This document shows, one piece after another, positions 62,545 to 64,000 of a stretch of 64,000 nt of DNA. The notes beneath the pieces were generated by a model, which had not been told where the DNA came from, did no database searches, and worked only from the letters and a program-made list of their open reading frames with translations. The DNA comes from Candidatus Latescibacterota bacterium (GTDB lineage: Bacteria; Latescibacterota; UBA2968; GCA-2709665). Numbering within the stretch: position 1 is the stretch's first letter; the number at the start of each line of letters is the position of its first letter. The position numbers and the translations under genes are program-made. The stretch covers positions 2,720,001 through 2,784,000 of the forward strand of contig OZ250150.1 of the NCBI GenBank assembly GCA_965237675.1. Reading direction: 5' to 3'.

Positions 62545-63153
62545 TTACCTCTCCGTGGAATCTATTTTAGCCACGCCGATCATCGCGTCGCGTGTGACGA
62601 GCGGGACCAGTTCCGCTTCGGTATAGTCTTCCGTGCCGTCAGGCCGTTCCGGCAGGACCATATAGCGGAGATCCGAATTGCTGTCCCAGACGCGTATTTC
62701 CACCGAATCAGGAAGATGAAGGTCGAATTCCCTCAAAACGGCTCTGGGTTCGCGGACGACGCGTGAGCGGTAGGCGTAGGATTTATACCAGCCCGGCGGA
62801 AGTCCGAGCACGGTCCAGGGGTAACAGGAACACAGGGTGCAAACGACCACGTGGTGGACCGTTGACGTGTTTTCCAGGACGACGATCTCACTGCCCTCCT
62901 TGCCACCGAATCCCAATTCGGATATCGCCTTCGTGCCGTTCTCCAACAGACGGCGTCTAAAATCGGGGTCGGTCCAGGCGCGGGCGACCACACTGGCGCC
63001 GTTGAGCGGCCCCACGTCCTTCTCGAACTTGTCCACGACTTTGTCTACGATATCGGTCGTCAGCAGCCCCTTTTCGACCAGGAGCGATTCGAGCGCCCGG
63101 GTGCGAAGGGCCGCGTCGGATTCGGTATGCGCAGCGTCCCGATGCGTGCTCAT
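62545..63153 (-). CDS. nthA: Nitrile hydratase alpha subunit (cobalt type)
   Basis: VCTLCSCY metal motif (Thr/Tyr indicate Co type), LGLPP.WYKS..YRSR. Confidence 0.96.
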   Translation of the reverse strand: MSTHRDAAHTESDAALRTRALESLLVEKGLLTTDIVDKVVDKFEKDVGPLNGASVVARAWTDPDFRRRLLENGTKAISELGFGGKEGSEIVVLENTSTVHHVVVCTLCSCYPWTVLGLPPGWYKSYAYRSRVVREPRAVLREFDLHLPDSVEIRVWDSNSDLRYMVLPERPDGTEDYTEAELVPLVTRDAMIGVAKIDSTER

Positions 63154-63172
63154 GGTATGGATCCTCCATTTT

Positions 63173-63847
63173 TCAGGATGGTTTCAGCGGTTCCAGGTAA
63201 CCTTCCCACATGTCCAGATACACGGCGTTTTCGGTCTCGGCGGACTCCCCCCACAGTTCCCGGGACTCGAAGCGGACGGCATACAGGGGCTGCAGCCGGT
63301 GTACGCATCCACCGGGCAATACAGTGTCCTGGAGGTCGTGGATTCCGTAAAACCGGGAAACGGTACCGACTTTGTCCCTGGCGTATTGCGGAAGCCTGGT
63401 GTGTCCTTCGGGGTGGATGTTGCGTGCCCGTACGCGGTCGCCCTCACTGAATTTCGGCTGGACTTCCTCTATCGCCAGGGGCGGCGAAGTGGGTCCGGCT
63501 CGAGCGAGTTTCTCCCGGACGGCATTCGGGTCGGGGTGGACCGGAGTCTCGGCGTCCGGCCTTTCTTGGAAGAGCGTCATTCTTGTTTCCAACTCCTCCT
63601 CCTTAATCACTCCGGCGTCAATGAGGCCTTTGATTCTGGAATACAGCCACTTTTCATAGTAGGAGGAAGACAGGTAATGGGCTGGATCCATATTCTCAAT
63701 ATTGTTGCGCGAACCTCCGGGTACGGGTGTGGCTACGGCGATGCCCAGCACGCGCCGTTCCCACTGATGGTGAAATAACGGTTCGTTTTCTTCGCGTACG
63801 ATAGGGCCGAATCCGTGCATCCCGCCCATATCGTGAATGCCGTCCAT
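63173..63847 (-). CDS. nthB: Nitrile hydratase beta subunit
   Basis: [35 protein letters not shown]. Confidence 0.96.
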   Translation of the reverse strand: MDGIHDMGGMHGFGPIVREENEPLFHHQWERRVLGIAVATPVPGGSRNNIENMDPAHYLSSSYYEKWLYSRIKGLIDAGVIKEEELETRMTLFQERPDAETPVHPDPNAVREKLARAGPTSPPLAIEEVQPKFSEGDRVRARNIHPEGHTRLPQYARDKVGTVSRFYGIHDLQDTVLPGGCVHRLQPLYAVRFESRELWGESAETENAVYLDMWEGYLEPLKPS

Positions 63848-64000
63848 GTCTGGCTCCTGCTGTTCCCCGTGTCCCGCGAACCGTCTTCGTCGACGGATCG
63901 ACGGGGCGCTTCGAGGTGTGGAGGACCGTTCAATCAGGTTCTTCGGATGTCGTTTCCGTCGTACACGACATTACCGCGGATCCGAATGCGTTTGGGGTTT

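Overview
GC-rich bacterial genomic window in three blocks. (1) 1-18.6 kb is an accessory region downstream of tRNA-Ala(GGC). It holds a WD40 protein, a PhyH dioxygenase, a RAYT transposase with GTAG REPs and a Type I restriction-modification operon (hsdM-hsdS-hsdR). Cargo between the hsd genes includes an HExxH protein, a PD-(D/E)xK-like 757-aa protein, an unknown 345-aa protein and several toxin-antitoxin modules, most with dead toxins. HsdM carries an in-frame DUF559 (Vsr-like) nuclease module bounded by palindromic repeats. The same repeat family recurs as 75-bp-period arrays and as short in-frame inserts in hsdM and hsdR; this is the most notable signal in the window. (2) 18.8-44.6 kb is core genome: ligA, UbiA-family prenyltransferase, XPB-like helicase, DAACS transporter, tsaD, ftsK, lolA, prfB with a +1 frameshift, lysS, lolD, clpC, bamA, skp and fabZ. 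Two families of MITE-like elements are interspersed here. (3) 45-64 kb is catabolic: DMFase-like protein, sarcosine-oxidase-like protein, two UxuA paralogs, oxidoreductases, a heparinase II/III-like lyase, an amidohydrolase plus Rieske pair, an MFS transporter and a Co-type nitrile hydratase. The gene repertoire resembles Latescibacterota/Gemmatimonadota-type (FCB) genomes, but this is inference only. All calls come from motif recognition by eye; no database searches were run.
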